From assembly GCA_041639695.1 (NCBI GenBank), contig JBEQBQ010000001.1:31634-95633 (forward strand): a stretch of 64,000 nucleotides of DNA, given 5' to 3'. The DNA is from Candidatus Nanohaloarchaea archaeon (lineage in GTDB: Archaea > Nanohalarchaeota > Nanosalinia > Nanosalinales > Nanosalinaceae). Made by a program: the position numbers and the translations under genes. Shown here in pieces: positions 8,453 through 18,723 of the stretch. Position 1 is the stretch's first letter, and each line of letters opens with the position of its first letter. Below the pieces are notes generated by a model. The model was given only the letters and a program-made list of their open reading frames with translations. It was not told the origin of the DNA and made no database searches.

Positions 8453-10714
8453 ATGGTAATGGCTGTACAGGACAAGGACGTCTTTGATTACGAGTACGAT
8501 GACGAGTCAGGAAAGATAGAGATAAACCTTCTAGGCTCGGTCTACGGTGCCTCTATCGAAGACTACCCCGAAGTAATGTCTAGGGTAATCAATATACTGC
8601 AAGAAGTGCCGGAAGCCAGTTCAGTAGTTCTCTCAGAATCAAGGGACTACGAATACGGCAAAGAACAGGTACAACTATTGAGAGAGATCTCAGATGCAAT
8701 AAGAGACATTTCATCACAAGGATATCTTTCGCAGAGCGTTAGAACCGATAAGTGCGAATCACTTTACTCAGAACAGTTGCCTGAAGTCCAGAGGATAGTT
8801 GTAGATCAGCTAAGAAAAGATCCTGTGGGTGCGTACGTACAGCTCAGAAGAAAGGAGAGACACTTGAAACAGCAGATGAACGATTCGTACCCTCAGAGAC
8901 AGCGCTGCATCAAGTTCTTCATACAGGATGTCGTGAACCCGGTTAAAGACAGGCTGGAAGAGTGTCAGCTAATACAGGACGCGGTAAGAGAAGATTTTGT
9001 TACAGGTCACCACGTAGGGGATAGAGAGGTTTACAGGGAGTACTTCCACCCTCTTGTTAGGCCGAACTTCATGCTTACAAAGTTCATGAGTCTACCTCCG
9101 GAGAGAGGTAAAGAGGTCGACCGCTACAAAGTAAAAGAAGATGTTGAGGTTTCGATCTACGAGGTACCGGACCAGGTACAGCCGGTTTACCATGTTGACC
9201 CGCCTGAGTTCAGTCTGCCGGAGGAAAAATACCGTTTGCTGGATGCGGCAAGACGTTTCCTTGCTTCGCACCAGCCCGAGTCAGGAGAGTTCGCAAGACC
9301 GGAGAGAATGAGGGACGTATTCCAGAACATCGGAAGGGACATGATACGTGATATCTCCCAGCAGATGGACATACAGTTATCCGGCGAAGAAATGGAGGAA
9401 ATGACCTCAATATTAAACCGTTACACTTCGGGTCTCGGCGTACTTGAACTATTGCTGGCTGATCCGAAGATTCAGGACGTTTTCATTAACTCTCCTATCG
9501 GCGACTCGCCTATCTACATCAAGCATCAGGACTACGAGGAATGTGAAACTAATCTAATACCTACAAAGGAGGAAGCAGAGTCCTGGGCAACAAGGTTCCG
9601 TATTAAGTCCGGAAGACCGTTAGACGAAGCTAATCCTGTACTGGATACTGAGGCTGAGGTGCCGGGAGGCCGTGCAAGGGTCGCAATTATACAGGAAAAC
9701 CTTTCGCCCGAAGGACTCGCATTTGCTTTCAGAAGACACCGTTCAAAGGCATGGACGCTACCGCTATTCATACACGAGAACTTCATCAACTCCCTAGGAG
9801 CAGCGCTCTTATCATTCATAGTTGATGGTAACCGGTCAGTACTGTTCGCAGGAACAAGAGGGGCAGGTAAGACCTCATTATTGTCGGCTTCGATGCTTGA
9901 ACTTCTTAAAAAAGATAGGATAGTAACTGTAGAGGACACGTTGGAACTCCCAATCCGTCAGATGAAAGATCTAGGTTTCAACCTTGAATCTATGAAGTCT
10001 CGCTCCGTAATTACCCAGGTAGAGAACGAGTTAGCGGCTCAGGACGCTATCAGAACCTCTCTGCGTTTAGGTGACTCAGCGTTGGTTATTGGTGAGGTAA
10101 GGTCGGATGAGGCCAAGACTTTGTACGAGGCTATGCGTGTCGGTGCGGTCGCAAACTTTGTAGGTGGAACAATCCACGGCGAAGACGCCTACTCCGTATT
10201 TGACAGGGTTGTAAACGACCTGAATGTGCCGAAAACATCGTTCAAGGCTACAGACATTATTGTACAGGTTAACAAGATTCAGTCGCCTGACGGACTTGAA
10301 ACATACAGAAGAGTTACAGGAATTACAGAGGTCAGGAAAGAGTGGACGGATGATCCTCAGGAGGAGGGTGCTTTCGTCGATCTTATGCGGTATGACTCGA
10401 ATAAAGACGAGTTGGTGCCTACAGACACTTTGCTTAACGGAGAGTCGCTTATTCTAAACAGGATTGCGGAAAACATCAGGGAATGGAAGAATGACTGGGA
10501 AGCCGTATGGAACAACATCCAGTTAAGGAAGGATATTAAGGAGGAGATTGTAAGGAAGGCGGAAGAGGAAGGGGAAGAATACTTGGAAGCCGATTTCACT
10601 GTTAAGGCAAACCAGAGATTCCACATCTTATCCAATAAGGTAGGCGAAGAGTACGGAAGTCAGGACCCGGAAAGGATCTTCGCCCGCTGGAAGGAATGGC
10701 TTCAACAGCAGTAG
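8453..10714 (+). CDS. Type II/IV secretion (VirB11/TadA/ArlI-like) ATPase with long N-terminal extension
   Basis: Walker A GTRGAGKT, VEDTLEL, LRLGDSALVIGEVR, GTIHG. Confidence 0.92.
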   Translation: MVMAVQDKDVFDYEYDDESGKIEINLLGSVYGASIEDYPEVMSRVINILQEVPEASSVVLSESRDYEYGKEQVQLLREISDAIRDISSQGYLSQSVRTDKCESLYSEQLPEVQRIVVDQLRKDPVGAYVQLRRKERHLKQQMNDSYPQRQRCIKFFIQDVVNPVKDRLEECQLIQDAVREDFVTGHHVGDREVYREYFHPLVRPNFMLTKFMSLPPERGKEVDRYKVKEDVEVSIYEVPDQVQPVYHVDPPEFSLPEEKYRLLDAARRFLASHQPESGEFARPERMRDVFQNIGRDMIRDISQQMDIQLSGEEMEEMTSILNRYTSGLGVLELLLADPKIQDVFINSPIGDSPIYIKHQDYEECETNLIPTKEEAESWATRFRIKSGRPLDEANPVLDTEAEVPGGRARVAIIQENLSPEGLAFAFRRHRSKAWTLPLFIHENFINSLGAALLSFIVDGNRSVLFAGTRGAGKTSLLSASMLELLKKDRIVTVEDTLELPIRQMKDLGFNLESMKSRSVITQVENELAAQDAIRTSLRLGDSALVIGEVRSDEAKTLYEAMRVGAVANFVGGTIHGEDAYSVFDRVVNDLNVPKTSFKATDIIVQVNKIQSPDGLETYRRVTGITEVRKEWTDDPQEEGAFVDLMRYDSNKDELVPTDTLLNGESLILNRIAENIREWKNDWEAVWNNIQLRKDIKEEIVRKAEEEGEEYLEADFTVKANQRFHILSNKVGEEYGSQDPERIFARWKEWLQQQ

Positions 10715-10787
10715 GTGATAGGAGATCGAAGACGAGGAACAAGAAAGGATTGAAGAGATCGTAAACGATCTTGACCGCGATTTAGAG

Positions 10788-12863
10788 ATGCCTCCTTACG
10801 ATGAAGGCTCCAGAAAAGGATACTCCAGAGAGTACAAGAACTACAAGGAGGATGAAGAGGTTGAAAGGTCGAAGACACGTTATGAGAAGCTCTGCATTAC
10901 GATGGCCTCCTACCTTAATTTAAAGGCAGAGGAGGATGCGCAGCAGAAACTTTCGCCGCCTTTAAGACTACTGGGCTGGGATATAACCCCGGGCATGGTT
11001 CTTTCTGCCTCTGTAGGTGTAGGCTTAACTTCTTTCGCTGCTTGGTTCATGCTTTTCGCCGTAAACATGGCTTTAGGTAATATTATTCCGCTCTCTATGA
11101 TGATTATCTCCGCAGTAGTGCCTATCGGCGCCGGAGTATACACATTTTACAAGCCGATCTACGCAGCAAAGAACAAGGTTATACAGTCTTCGGGGGAAAT
11201 GATTCTGTCCATACTCTACATGGTTATCTACATGCGTTCATCCCCTAACATCGAGGGCGCTATACGTTTCGCTGCCTTGAATCTTGAAGGACCTATTTCA
11301 AAAGACTTGAAAGGTGTTTTATGGGATGTAGAGGTAGGGAATTATGCTCGTATCGATCAAGCTCTTGAAGAATATACCAGAGCCTGGAAAAACTATAACG
11401 ACGACTACCTCGAGTCTTTACAGCTTTTGAGAGCTGCAACCAACGAACCTAACAAGGATAGAAGAGAAAAACTTTTGCAGGACTCTATTGACCGTATTCT
11501 GGATGGAACTCAGGAGAAGATGAAGCACTACGCACAAGGGCTGAAGACTCCGGTCATGATCCTGAACGCTATGGGCGCTATGCTTCCGGTGCTTGGCATG
11601 ATCATGCTACCACTTATCTCGGTTTTCATGGGCGGTGCGATCACAGAAATGCACCTATTCCTATTGTTTAACGTCATGCTGCCTTCGTTCCTCTACTGGT
11701 TCATGCAAAAAGTACTGAGTTCCAGGCCTCCTACTGTTAGTTCGCAGCCTACAAGCAAGAACGAATTGCCGGAAAGAGGAAAGTACCAGTTCGAATTAAT
11801 GGGTAAACAGATGAAGATTTCTACATGGCCGATAGGGCTTTTAATCTTCCTAACGGTCGGAATGTTCGGTTTCATAGGTTATTTGATCTTCCCGCACGTT
11901 TACCCGATAACAAACGAACTGGAGTATATTCCCGGTCTTTTCTCTACTGCGGCGGGAGAACCTAGCTCGCTTATGATGCTGATGAGAAGTGTTTCAATAA
12001 CTTTAGGCTTGGGTCTGGGTATAGGCGTTTCGAAGATTTTAGGTAACAAGGCCAGGAAGCAGGCGGAAGAACACCTGGAGAAGATTGAAGGCCAGTTCCC
12101 TACAGCCTTGTTCCAGCTAGGAAATAAGATTTCGGGTGGCACACCTGCCGAACTTGCGTTGGAGCAAGCTGCGGAGTCGACCTCGGATCTCGAGATTTCA
12201 GGGCTTTTCCAGTACGCTTCAAGAAACGTGAGGGACATGGGCATGACGTTCGAGGAGTCTCTGTTCGACGAAAAGTACGGTGCTTTGAGGAAGTACCCTT
12301 CGAAGATGATCAACACGGTTATGAGGGCGATACTTGAGTCCTCGGAGAAAGGTACGAAGATGGCATCTATGGCGATGATGACAATCTCCCGTTACCTAGA
12401 CAACATCCACAAGACCCAGGAAGATCTCAACGACCTGATGGAGGAGACTACTACAACAATCCAGATGCTTGCATATCTTTTGGCGCCGATAGTTTCCGGT
12501 GTAGCAGTAGGGATGTCTCAGACGATCATCAGCGCTATGTATAAGCTAAGCCAATCGTTTACACAGGCTCAGCAAAGCCTTCCCGACTCTGCAGGAGGCG
12601 GTACGGGAACAAGCTTTGGAGGTCTAATCAGTAACCTTGATACGGCTATTTCGCCCGAAATATTGCAGTTCGTTGTCGGTATCTACCTGATCCAGCTGTT
12701 GTTCATTCTTTCTACATTCTACATGAAGATTGAGCACGGAGAGAACATGACGTACAGAAATATGTTTATCGGAAAGGTTCTTATTGTCGGAATGATATTC
12801 TATAGTGTAACCCTAGTGATTATCTCACTGTTATTCGGAGGAATCGTGGCAAATGTCGCGTAA
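10788..12863 (+). CDS. Type IV pilus membrane platform protein (two T2SSF-like domains, TadC/ArlJ-like)
   Basis: Follows the ATPase; two TM-flanked soluble domains (SSPNIEGAIRFAA; QFPTALFQLGNKISGGTPAELAL). Confidence 0.82.
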   Translation: MPPYDEGSRKGYSREYKNYKEDEEVERSKTRYEKLCITMASYLNLKAEEDAQQKLSPPLRLLGWDITPGMVLSASVGVGLTSFAAWFMLFAVNMALGNIIPLSMMIISAVVPIGAGVYTFYKPIYAAKNKVIQSSGEMILSILYMVIYMRSSPNIEGAIRFAALNLEGPISKDLKGVLWDVEVGNYARIDQALEEYTRAWKNYNDDYLESLQLLRAATNEPNKDRREKLLQDSIDRILDGTQEKMKHYAQGLKTPVMILNAMGAMLPVLGMIMLPLISVFMGGAITEMHLFLLFNVMLPSFLYWFMQKVLSSRPPTVSSQPTSKNELPERGKYQFELMGKQMKISTWPIGLLIFLTVGMFGFIGYLIFPHVYPITNELEYIPGLFSTAAGEPSSLMMLMRSVSITLGLGLGIGVSKILGNKARKQAEEHLEKIEGQFPTALFQLGNKISGGTPAELALEQAAESTSDLEISGLFQYASRNVRDMGMTFEESLFDEKYGALRKYPSKMINTVMRAILESSEKGTKMASMAMMTISRYLDNIHKTQEDLNDLMEETTTTIQMLAYLLAPIVSGVAVGMSQTIISAMYKLSQSFTQAQQSLPDSAGGGTGTSFGGLISNLDTAISPEILQFVVGIYLIQLLFILSTFYMKIEHGENMTYRNMFIGKVLIVGMIFYSVTLVIISLLFGGIVANVA

Positions 12864-12957
12864 AGGAAACGTAGAAACAGTAGCGATGGTAGGAATATTC
12901 CTCGCAATAATAACCATGGCGTTCCTTGCGGTCTGGTTGGAGATGATCCCTGTATGA
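12853..12957 (+). CDS. 34-aa pilin-like peptide (not in track)
   Basis: MSRKG/NVETVAMVGIFLAIITMAFLAVWLEMIPV: class III-type leader plus hydrophobic helix; ATGA coupling to the next ORF. Confidence 0.65.
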   Translation: MSRKGNVETVAMVGIFLAIITMAFLAVWLEMIPV

Positions 12958-13133
12958 AGAAAGGAATGAACTTTGACATGGTTCTCTGGATATTCGTAGC
13001 TATTTTTCTCCTACTTGTCTTGGCTCCGGCCTCACTAACATTAGTTAATAACGCTCAAAATGCAGTTGAGGGGTGCTCGATGTGGGCATCAGTCCTCTCC
13101 GACATAACAGGAGGTCTCGTACAGTTCTGCTGA
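12954..13133 (+). CDS. 59-aa pilin-like protein (not in track)
   Basis: MKKG/MNFDMVLWIFVAIFLLLVLAP...GCSMW...VQFC; class III leader and a Cys pair. Confidence 0.75.
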   Translation: MKKGMNFDMVLWIFVAIFLLLVLAPASLTLVNNAQNAVEGCSMWASVLSDITGGLVQFC

Positions 13134-13142
13134 GGTAAAAAG

Positions 13143-15125
13143 ATGATAAACACAATATTCAAGATCGCGGTCATGGTGATAATCGGATCAGCCTTCATAG
13201 CTGTCCTAAACAGCATAAAGGTTAATTCGTTCGATCCCGCAACTCAGAACGCCTCAGGTACCATAGAAGACTTCGGAAGAGACAAGTTCGTCCAGATCGG
13301 TTTTGATGAGACTAAGAATGATGGAGAAGGGGGTATCAGTGAAGATCCTGATTTCTCGAGAAGGCAGTTCGAAGGACTTTTGGTATGGAATATGCTAGCG
13401 GCAAGCGATTGCCTTTTATTACATATAATAGAAGGAAGTTCGTCCGGGAGCGAACATGAGGTCGTTACTAAACCCCTTAAGGAACTTAGAAAGACGAGTA
13501 ATGTTAGAGGTTATACGGATGATTTTAATGGCTGGTCTGCGCTGAAAAAGGCCGACTTTGACATGAAATGCGCTCAAGCTGGCAGCATAGGCTTTGAAAT
13601 CGGCCAGAAACTGCCTTCGATCCCATCTCTTACTGAAAAGAGGGCAAGGCAACCAGGAAACGACATGGAAGGTAACTTTGGTAAAACTTATTTCAACATC
13701 AGCAGAACGTTCGGAATCGACAGTTTAGGTGATGATGACATACTTCTAGGTCTTAAAACTAAATACGAGAGAGATAGCCTCGCCCAGATACCTGATTTCT
13801 GGTCGGCGACAAGAGCATCAGTTCTTCTACCTCCGGGCCTAGACCCGAAAAATAAGGTTTCAGGGCAATTGAGCAATCATATGAAAGTTGTTAAGAAAGG
13901 TCCTCATAAGGAGGGCAAAAGAGCTGCCTTCGGAAGCCTGTTTAACAACTTTGACTATACCAGCGATCCGCCCGCTCACAAGTTCTCAGCGTGGAGGCCG
14001 AATGTAAAGGGCGGCACGTGGGTCTTCGAGAACGGTGGGGGAACCCCACATGAGCTAGAAGATAATATCGATAATGGAGGAGATCTTTTGAGAAACTCGT
14101 TGAAAAATGGAAAATGGTACTTCTGTATGGGAACGGAGGGATACGTTATTTCGAAGGCCCAGAGCTTCAGCAACCTTGGAGAGGCTTCAAAAAAGAGTCC
14201 GCCTAAAGAGGACAGCGTCTTTCCAAGTATAAACATAGATGATCTAGGCGTGGGAGAGACGTGTCAACCTGGCGGCCCAGAAGGATTCATCAACCCTGTA
14301 AATAATGATTATGATGCCGAACACACGGTGAATGGAGAAACATTCAGCTGTAGCCGTTTTGACGCTGCCAACAAGACCATAATAAGGAAAGACGATGTTA
14401 GAACAGAGCTAGGTTATAATGATCAGGGAGAGATGAAGTATCTTACTTACGGTTGTGGGCTAGATCCGCATACATTTGATTTCAGTAATGGCGACCATAA
14501 TTGGGGGGGAGATAACCAACAGCAAGATACAAACCAGTACCAATACCAGGGTGAGGAGAGTCACAGCGAACATGCGCAGCATTTCGATGGCGACATGGAT
14601 TATTACACTCCGCGCGTCTACGATAACTGTCCTGCAGGAACTGAGAACTACAACATACTTGGACTAAAAGAAAACATCGAAAACGGTGAAAGAAAGGCTC
14701 TTTCATCTTTAGGAGGCTCAGTGAACTTTAATACAGATCAGTTTAAGAATGTCAAAGGGGTTGAAATCGTCTACGAAAAGAGCGGTGGCGCCAATCTGGA
14801 AGTCGATCTAGGCGGACAAACTATTTCGGTTAACTCTGGTAATTCAGACTCAGAGCCTCAGATAGATGTAGGTTCTACCTCCGCATCAAACTTGGACAGC
14901 TACGAGTCGGGCGCTTATAAGCTTGAGTTAAGTTCTATTGAGCCTATTGCAGATGATGGTACAAATTCCGTGGCTTTGAGAGCTGAGGCGGGGGACGGAC
15001 AGACCTTGGGTGGTAACGGTGCTGAATATCATAAGGTGGATTCCTTCGATATAAGCAAACAGGATTCCGGGGAAATCGTTCTAAGGGAGGTGAGTGTCGA
15101 TGCAAAGCCAGCAGGATGCTCTTAA
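13143..15125 (+). CDS. Large extracellular protein with N-terminal hydrophobic helix (putative pilus adhesin/minor pilin)
   Basis: GAGGT RBS; N-terminal TM; G/D/N-rich body with scattered Cys. Confidence 0.7.
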   Translation: MINTIFKIAVMVIIGSAFIAVLNSIKVNSFDPATQNASGTIEDFGRDKFVQIGFDETKNDGEGGISEDPDFSRRQFEGLLVWNMLAASDCLLLHIIEGSSSGSEHEVVTKPLKELRKTSNVRGYTDDFNGWSALKKADFDMKCAQAGSIGFEIGQKLPSIPSLTEKRARQPGNDMEGNFGKTYFNISRTFGIDSLGDDDILLGLKTKYERDSLAQIPDFWSATRASVLLPPGLDPKNKVSGQLSNHMKVVKKGPHKEGKRAAFGSLFNNFDYTSDPPAHKFSAWRPNVKGGTWVFENGGGTPHELEDNIDNGGDLLRNSLKNGKWYFCMGTEGYVISKAQSFSNLGEASKKSPPKEDSVFPSINIDDLGVGETCQPGGPEGFINPVNNDYDAEHTVNGETFSCSRFDAANKTIIRKDDVRTELGYNDQGEMKYLTYGCGLDPHTFDFSNGDHNWGGDNQQQDTNQYQYQGEESHSEHAQHFDGDMDYYTPRVYDNCPAGTENYNILGLKENIENGERKALSSLGGSVNFNTDQFKNVKGVEIVYEKSGGANLEVDLGGQTISVNSGNSDSEPQIDVGSTSASNLDSYESGAYKLELSSIEPIADDGTNSVALRAEAGDGQTLGGNGAEYHKVDSFDISKQDSGEIVLREVSVDAKPAGCS

Positions 15126-15282
15126 AGGACTTGAGGCTATCGATACGACCACTAAAATCGCTTTAGCTATCATAATAATGGTTGCGCTTGTGGTTGCGAT
15201 AACAGGTCTTTTGGATCAAGGTCTCTCTGATTTCCTTACTGTTGCTTCGACCGGAGATGGAGGCGTTTTACCAGAGTTTTAG
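15094..15282 (+). CDS. Small pilin-like protein
   Basis: LKG/LEAIDTTTKIALAIIIMVALVVAI; likely start ATG 15100 after GAGGTGA. Confidence 0.68.
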   Translation: MSMQSQQDALKGLEAIDTTTKIALAIIIMVALVVAITGLLDQGLSDFLTVASTGDGGVLPEF

Positions 15283-15318
15283 TAAGCTATAAATTCGGTT
15301 AAAGGAAGTGAAGCTTGT

Positions 15319-15441
15319 ATGGAGGTATCCCTCAAAATCGTAATGTCGGTCGTTGCAGGTATATCAGTAATTCTCGTTCTGGCACTTATTGTAAATAGTC
15401 AGGCCAACGGCGCACTAAACTTCCTGGAGGGTATGCTATAA
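15319..15441 (+). CDS. 40-aa pilin-like peptide (not in track)
   Basis: MEVSLKIVMSVVAGISVILVLALIVNSQANGALNFLEGML; TAATG overlap with the next ORF. Confidence 0.62.
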   Translation: MEVSLKIVMSVVAGISVILVLALIVNSQANGALNFLEGML

Positions 15442-15671
15442 TGAATATGTCAGTGCATGCCGTGGTGGCTATTGCAATCGCTGTTCTGATGATGGTAGCT
15501 ATCTATGGTCTCGCAACCGGAGGTTTATCCGAGATAGAGGCAGCAATAACCGGGGATGAAAGTGGAAATATTCAAGATGAGGTTCAACAGCCTGACGGTG
15601 ATACCTGGAGCAGTCCGGACGAAATCAGTAAGAGGTTTAATAGCGAAAAAATGGTGATTCAGAATGGCTAA
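15441..15671 (+). CDS. Small pilin-like protein
   Basis: N-terminal hydrophobic helix VVAIAIAVLMMVAIYGL; GGAGG RBS. Confidence 0.65.
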   Translation: MNMSVHAVVAIAIAVLMMVAIYGLATGGLSEIEAAITGDESGNIQDEVQQPDGDTWSSPDEISKRFNSEKMVIQNG

Positions 15672-15822
15672 AATGTCGCCCACAATACTTGTAACAGCTA
15701 TACTTGGAGCTATAATGCTTGGAGCAGTTTTGGTCGTTGCAAGCAGCCAGTTAAACAATTTAGTGGGGGGTATAGGTTCAGTTTCGCTAGCGGGCTTAAA
15801 GTTAAGGGGGTTTAAAAAGTGA
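15664..15822 (+). CDS. 52-aa pilin-like peptide (not in track)
   Basis: MAKMSPTILVTAILGAIMLGAVLVVASSQL...; GGTGA RBS; GTGA overlap with the next ORF. Confidence 0.65.
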   Translation: MAKMSPTILVTAILGAIMLGAVLVVASSQLNNLVGGIGSVSLAGLKLRGFKK

Positions 15823-16232
15823 GAAGGAAAGGTTCTTCCGAAACAATTGCTCTGGCGATTGTAGGAATCGTTATCTTTGGGCTAATGGCTGTTATCGGAA
15901 TAAACAGGATGACGGATCTGGAGGATCGTATAAGAGTGAGGACTGTCGATATTCCTGCCGATAGGATGGGGCCGACCATGGATATGGCAAGTGCGTTGGA
16001 ACAAGCTGAGATAGAGCTGAAATTCGATGTCGAGTACGGTATAATGAGGAAGAACGGTGAGGTTCACCTCAACTACACTCATGATACCCTGATTAACTGG
16101 CCAGGATCTGATAAGAACAGTCATCCCATAGAACCTGAGTCAGGCTTTGAAGGCGTAACTGAGGGAATATCGGATAGGATATGTATACGCAAAAACTCGG
16201 CAGGCGTTTCGATAGCCGCAGAGGAGTGCTAG
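15819..16232 (+). CDS. Pilin-like protein with class III signal peptide
   Basis: MRRKG/SSETIALAIVGIVIFGLMAVI; C-terminal Cys pair. Confidence 0.75.
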   Translation: MRRKGSSETIALAIVGIVIFGLMAVIGINRMTDLEDRIRVRTVDIPADRMGPTMDMASALEQAEIELKFDVEYGIMRKNGEVHLNYTHDTLINWPGSDKNSHPIEPESGFEGVTEGISDRICIRKNSAGVSIAAEEC

Positions 16233-16233
16233 A

Positions 16234-16647
16234 ATGGATATAGAGCACTTTGAGATGATAGGGGGCATGATACTTTTCACCGCGGTACTTATCTTGGCTA
16301 TACAGTTTCAAGTGTCCCTAATGGAAGGTCTATCAGATGTTTCAGGTGCTTGGGTTACTGGTGAAGGCTTTAAGGCCGCAGCCTCATTCCATATTGCGAG
16401 CCAGCATGAAAGATTGGGCGAAGTACGGAGAGACCAGATTAACTCTATGGGAAGCACTGTATCTGTCGGATGTGCCGCCAATTTTCCCGGTCTCAGAAAC
16501 GAAGACTCTTTTCGGTACAAATGGGAACAATATAATATATGCGGCGACTTAAATCCGAAAGTAGTTCGTTTAGACATCCCTCTTAGAATAACAAAGACTA
16601 ATGGTGGTTCAAACATACGAATAATTCAGATAGGAGGTGGATCATAG
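16234..16647 (+). CDS. Pilin-like/secreted protein
   Basis: N-terminal hydrophobic helix, Cys pair, operonic. Confidence 0.62.
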   Translation: MDIEHFEMIGGMILFTAVLILAIQFQVSLMEGLSDVSGAWVTGEGFKAAASFHIASQHERLGEVRRDQINSMGSTVSVGCAANFPGLRNEDSFRYKWEQYNICGDLNPKVVRLDIPLRITKTNGGSNIRIIQIGGGS

Positions 16648-17298
16648 TTGAAAGGAGCTTTTGACTCGGCTGCAACTATAATACTTGTAGTTGTTTCCGT
16701 ATTGATGATTGTGATGACGTTATCTATAGTGACGTTGATGTACTCTCAGGGCGGAGAGCTTAAAGCTGATTCGAGCATGCAGGCCATAGTCGAGGACTAC
16801 AAGGAGGGATATCAGGCACATATGACTATGGCCGCTCTAACCAGTAAATTCGATTTTCGGAACGCGACAGGTTATTACTTTGCCAACGGAGAGAACAAGT
16901 TGAAAAACAACGTGATAATGCCAGAGGGACGGAGGATAATACTTCGACAAAGCAGTATACATCTTTTTACTGTAGGAGATGAGACTTTACTCCGGTCAGG
17001 GGGAACAATTACGGTCCCTGAGGATCCTACAGGACCTGCTGAATGTCCTGGCCGACTGAACTATGTACAGTTAGACATGGAACTTGACCTTGGACTTTCA
17101 GGATGCACGGTGCCTGAAAACGATGACGGGAGCTGTCCTCCGCAGGCAGAGAGAGGAACATTCAATAACAATATTTACTGTGTTATTGCTGGAGAATATA
17201 GCTTGGATGCTTCTTCAGCTGCGCATTCGAACATGTACATCGCGTCACCGAGTCCAAACCTTGCGAAACTAAGTGTGGGAGTAGGTGTCCAGAATTAA
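16648..17298 (+). CDS. Pilin-like protein with class III signal peptide
   Basis: MKG/AFDSAATIILVVVSVLMIV; GGAGGTG RBS; 4 Cys. Confidence 0.72.
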   Translation: MKGAFDSAATIILVVVSVLMIVMTLSIVTLMYSQGGELKADSSMQAIVEDYKEGYQAHMTMAALTSKFDFRNATGYYFANGENKLKNNVIMPEGRRIILRQSSIHLFTVGDETLLRSGGTITVPEDPTGPAECPGRLNYVQLDMELDLGLSGCTVPENDDGSCPPQAERGTFNNNIYCVIAGEYSLDASSAAHSNMYIASPSPNLAKLSVGVGVQN

Positions 17299-18292
17299 AG
17301 GACAGTTCACAAGTCTGGTAGGTCTCGGATTATTCCTTTTCATAGCCTCGGGCAACATATTCGGAGCGTTAGCCATAGACATGGAGACGGAGACGCTTAT
17401 CGAGCAGAACGCCGGAGATTATTCTAAAGTAGCTGAAACCGAACTGAAGAAAGATAACTACCTGGACAGAATGCCACGTGAGTTAAACTTTACCTCGAAT
17501 AATGCTGCCTTGGCGCTTGGTGTGGATGCGGGCATAGAGGGCAACGGCCTGATGTGGAGTTCTATACCTGACAAGCAGGAGCTTCGAGAGAACTACTATC
17601 TAAACCTGAGCGAACGCTTGGAGACACAGGGACAGGTGTTCGGCTGCCAGAGCCCTGGCGTGAAATCGCCTAGAACTGAAAACCTTGGTAAGCCCGACAA
17701 TATTGATAACGCGGTAAACACCGATATCCAGTGGAATCTATCGAATCCCTACATAGTTTGCTCGACGGGATCCGTTGAAGTCAACATCAGCGTTGGAAGA
17801 GACAGTTTCCACGTTAACAACACCAACAATCGTTACGTCAATCTTTCAGAGACTGCTGTGGATGTTGCACACGAGGTTGACAGGATTATAGACGACACCT
17901 CATGGCCTAGAGCAAGTAGCGATACAGAAGGGTGTAATTTGGATGAAGATGATGAGGAGTCAGTTCTAGAGTCGGCTATCTGGCAAGCAAAGACAAGAAC
18001 TAACATAGGGGGAAGTGCATATAGTAACGTTCAAAAACCAAATTATCAGGCTCTAGATGACAGTGAAATGTATTTTGAACTGTATACGAATGTCGATCAT
18101 TATCAGGCTGCGCCAGATAGGTGCGGAAATAATGGAAATCAACCAGAGGAGGGTATCGAGGCGGAAGCAGAGGTAACACATATCTACACTAACGTCAACA
18201 TTTCTGACAGTCAGAGAACTGTTTCTGGGCCTGATGGAAGTTGGGACAACAACATTAAGTTTGGGTTCAACTATTCGAAGTCGGTAAACTGA
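17285..18292 (+). CDS. Pilin-like protein with class III signal peptide
   Basis: MSRIKG/QFTSLVGLGLFLFIA; several N-x-S/T sequons. Confidence 0.72.
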   Translation: MSRIKGQFTSLVGLGLFLFIASGNIFGALAIDMETETLIEQNAGDYSKVAETELKKDNYLDRMPRELNFTSNNAALALGVDAGIEGNGLMWSSIPDKQELRENYYLNLSERLETQGQVFGCQSPGVKSPRTENLGKPDNIDNAVNTDIQWNLSNPYIVCSTGSVEVNISVGRDSFHVNNTNNRYVNLSETAVDVAHEVDRIIDDTSWPRASSDTEGCNLDEDDEESVLESAIWQAKTRTNIGGSAYSNVQKPNYQALDDSEMYFELYTNVDHYQAAPDRCGNNGNQPEEGIEAEAEVTHIYTNVNISDSQRTVSGPDGSWDNNIKFGFNYSKSVN

Positions 18293-18344
18293 TTAAGTAT
18301 TTATGAGTCCGCGGCTAAAAATGGGTATAACAGGTGAACTAACA

Positions 18345-18629
18345 GTGGCAGAAGAAGATGACAACACAGTATACGTCGGTTCGAAACCTGCAATGAGCTA
18401 CGTCCTGGCTGTAGTAACTCAATTCAGCGAAGGACATGAAACAGTTCATGTCAAGGCCAGAGGAAAAGCAATTTCCAGAGCGGTAGACGTAGCTGAAATG
18501 GTTCAAAGCAAGTTCGAAGAGGAAGCGGATGTCGACGATATAGCTATTGACACCGACCAGATCGAGACAGACGAGGGCGACGAACTTAACGTATCTTCGA
18601 TCCAGATCGATCTATCGAAGCCTGAGTGA
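18345..18629 (+). CDS. albA: DNA/RNA-binding protein Alba
   Basis: [37 protein letters not shown]; start moved to GTG 18345 after the AGGTGA RBS. Confidence 0.95.
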   Translation: MAEEDDNTVYVGSKPAMSYVLAVVTQFSEGHETVHVKARGKAISRAVDVAEMVQSKFEEEADVDDIAIDTDQIETDEGDELNVSSIQIDLSKPE

Positions 18630-18691
18630 AGCCCTCAGTGGCGTGAACCAGCACCTTATCCACTCTTTTTTCTGACAAGTTTCTCCGGACA

Positions 18692-18702
18692 TTTTTTATA
18701 CA
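18692..18702 (+). promoter_or_regulatory. Putative TATA box for the pilin gene at 18724
   Basis: TTTTTTATAC roughly 25-30 nt upstream of an ATG that has no RBS (leaderless pattern). Confidence 0.45.
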
Positions 18703-18723
18703 GGTAAAGATATAGTTTCGACT

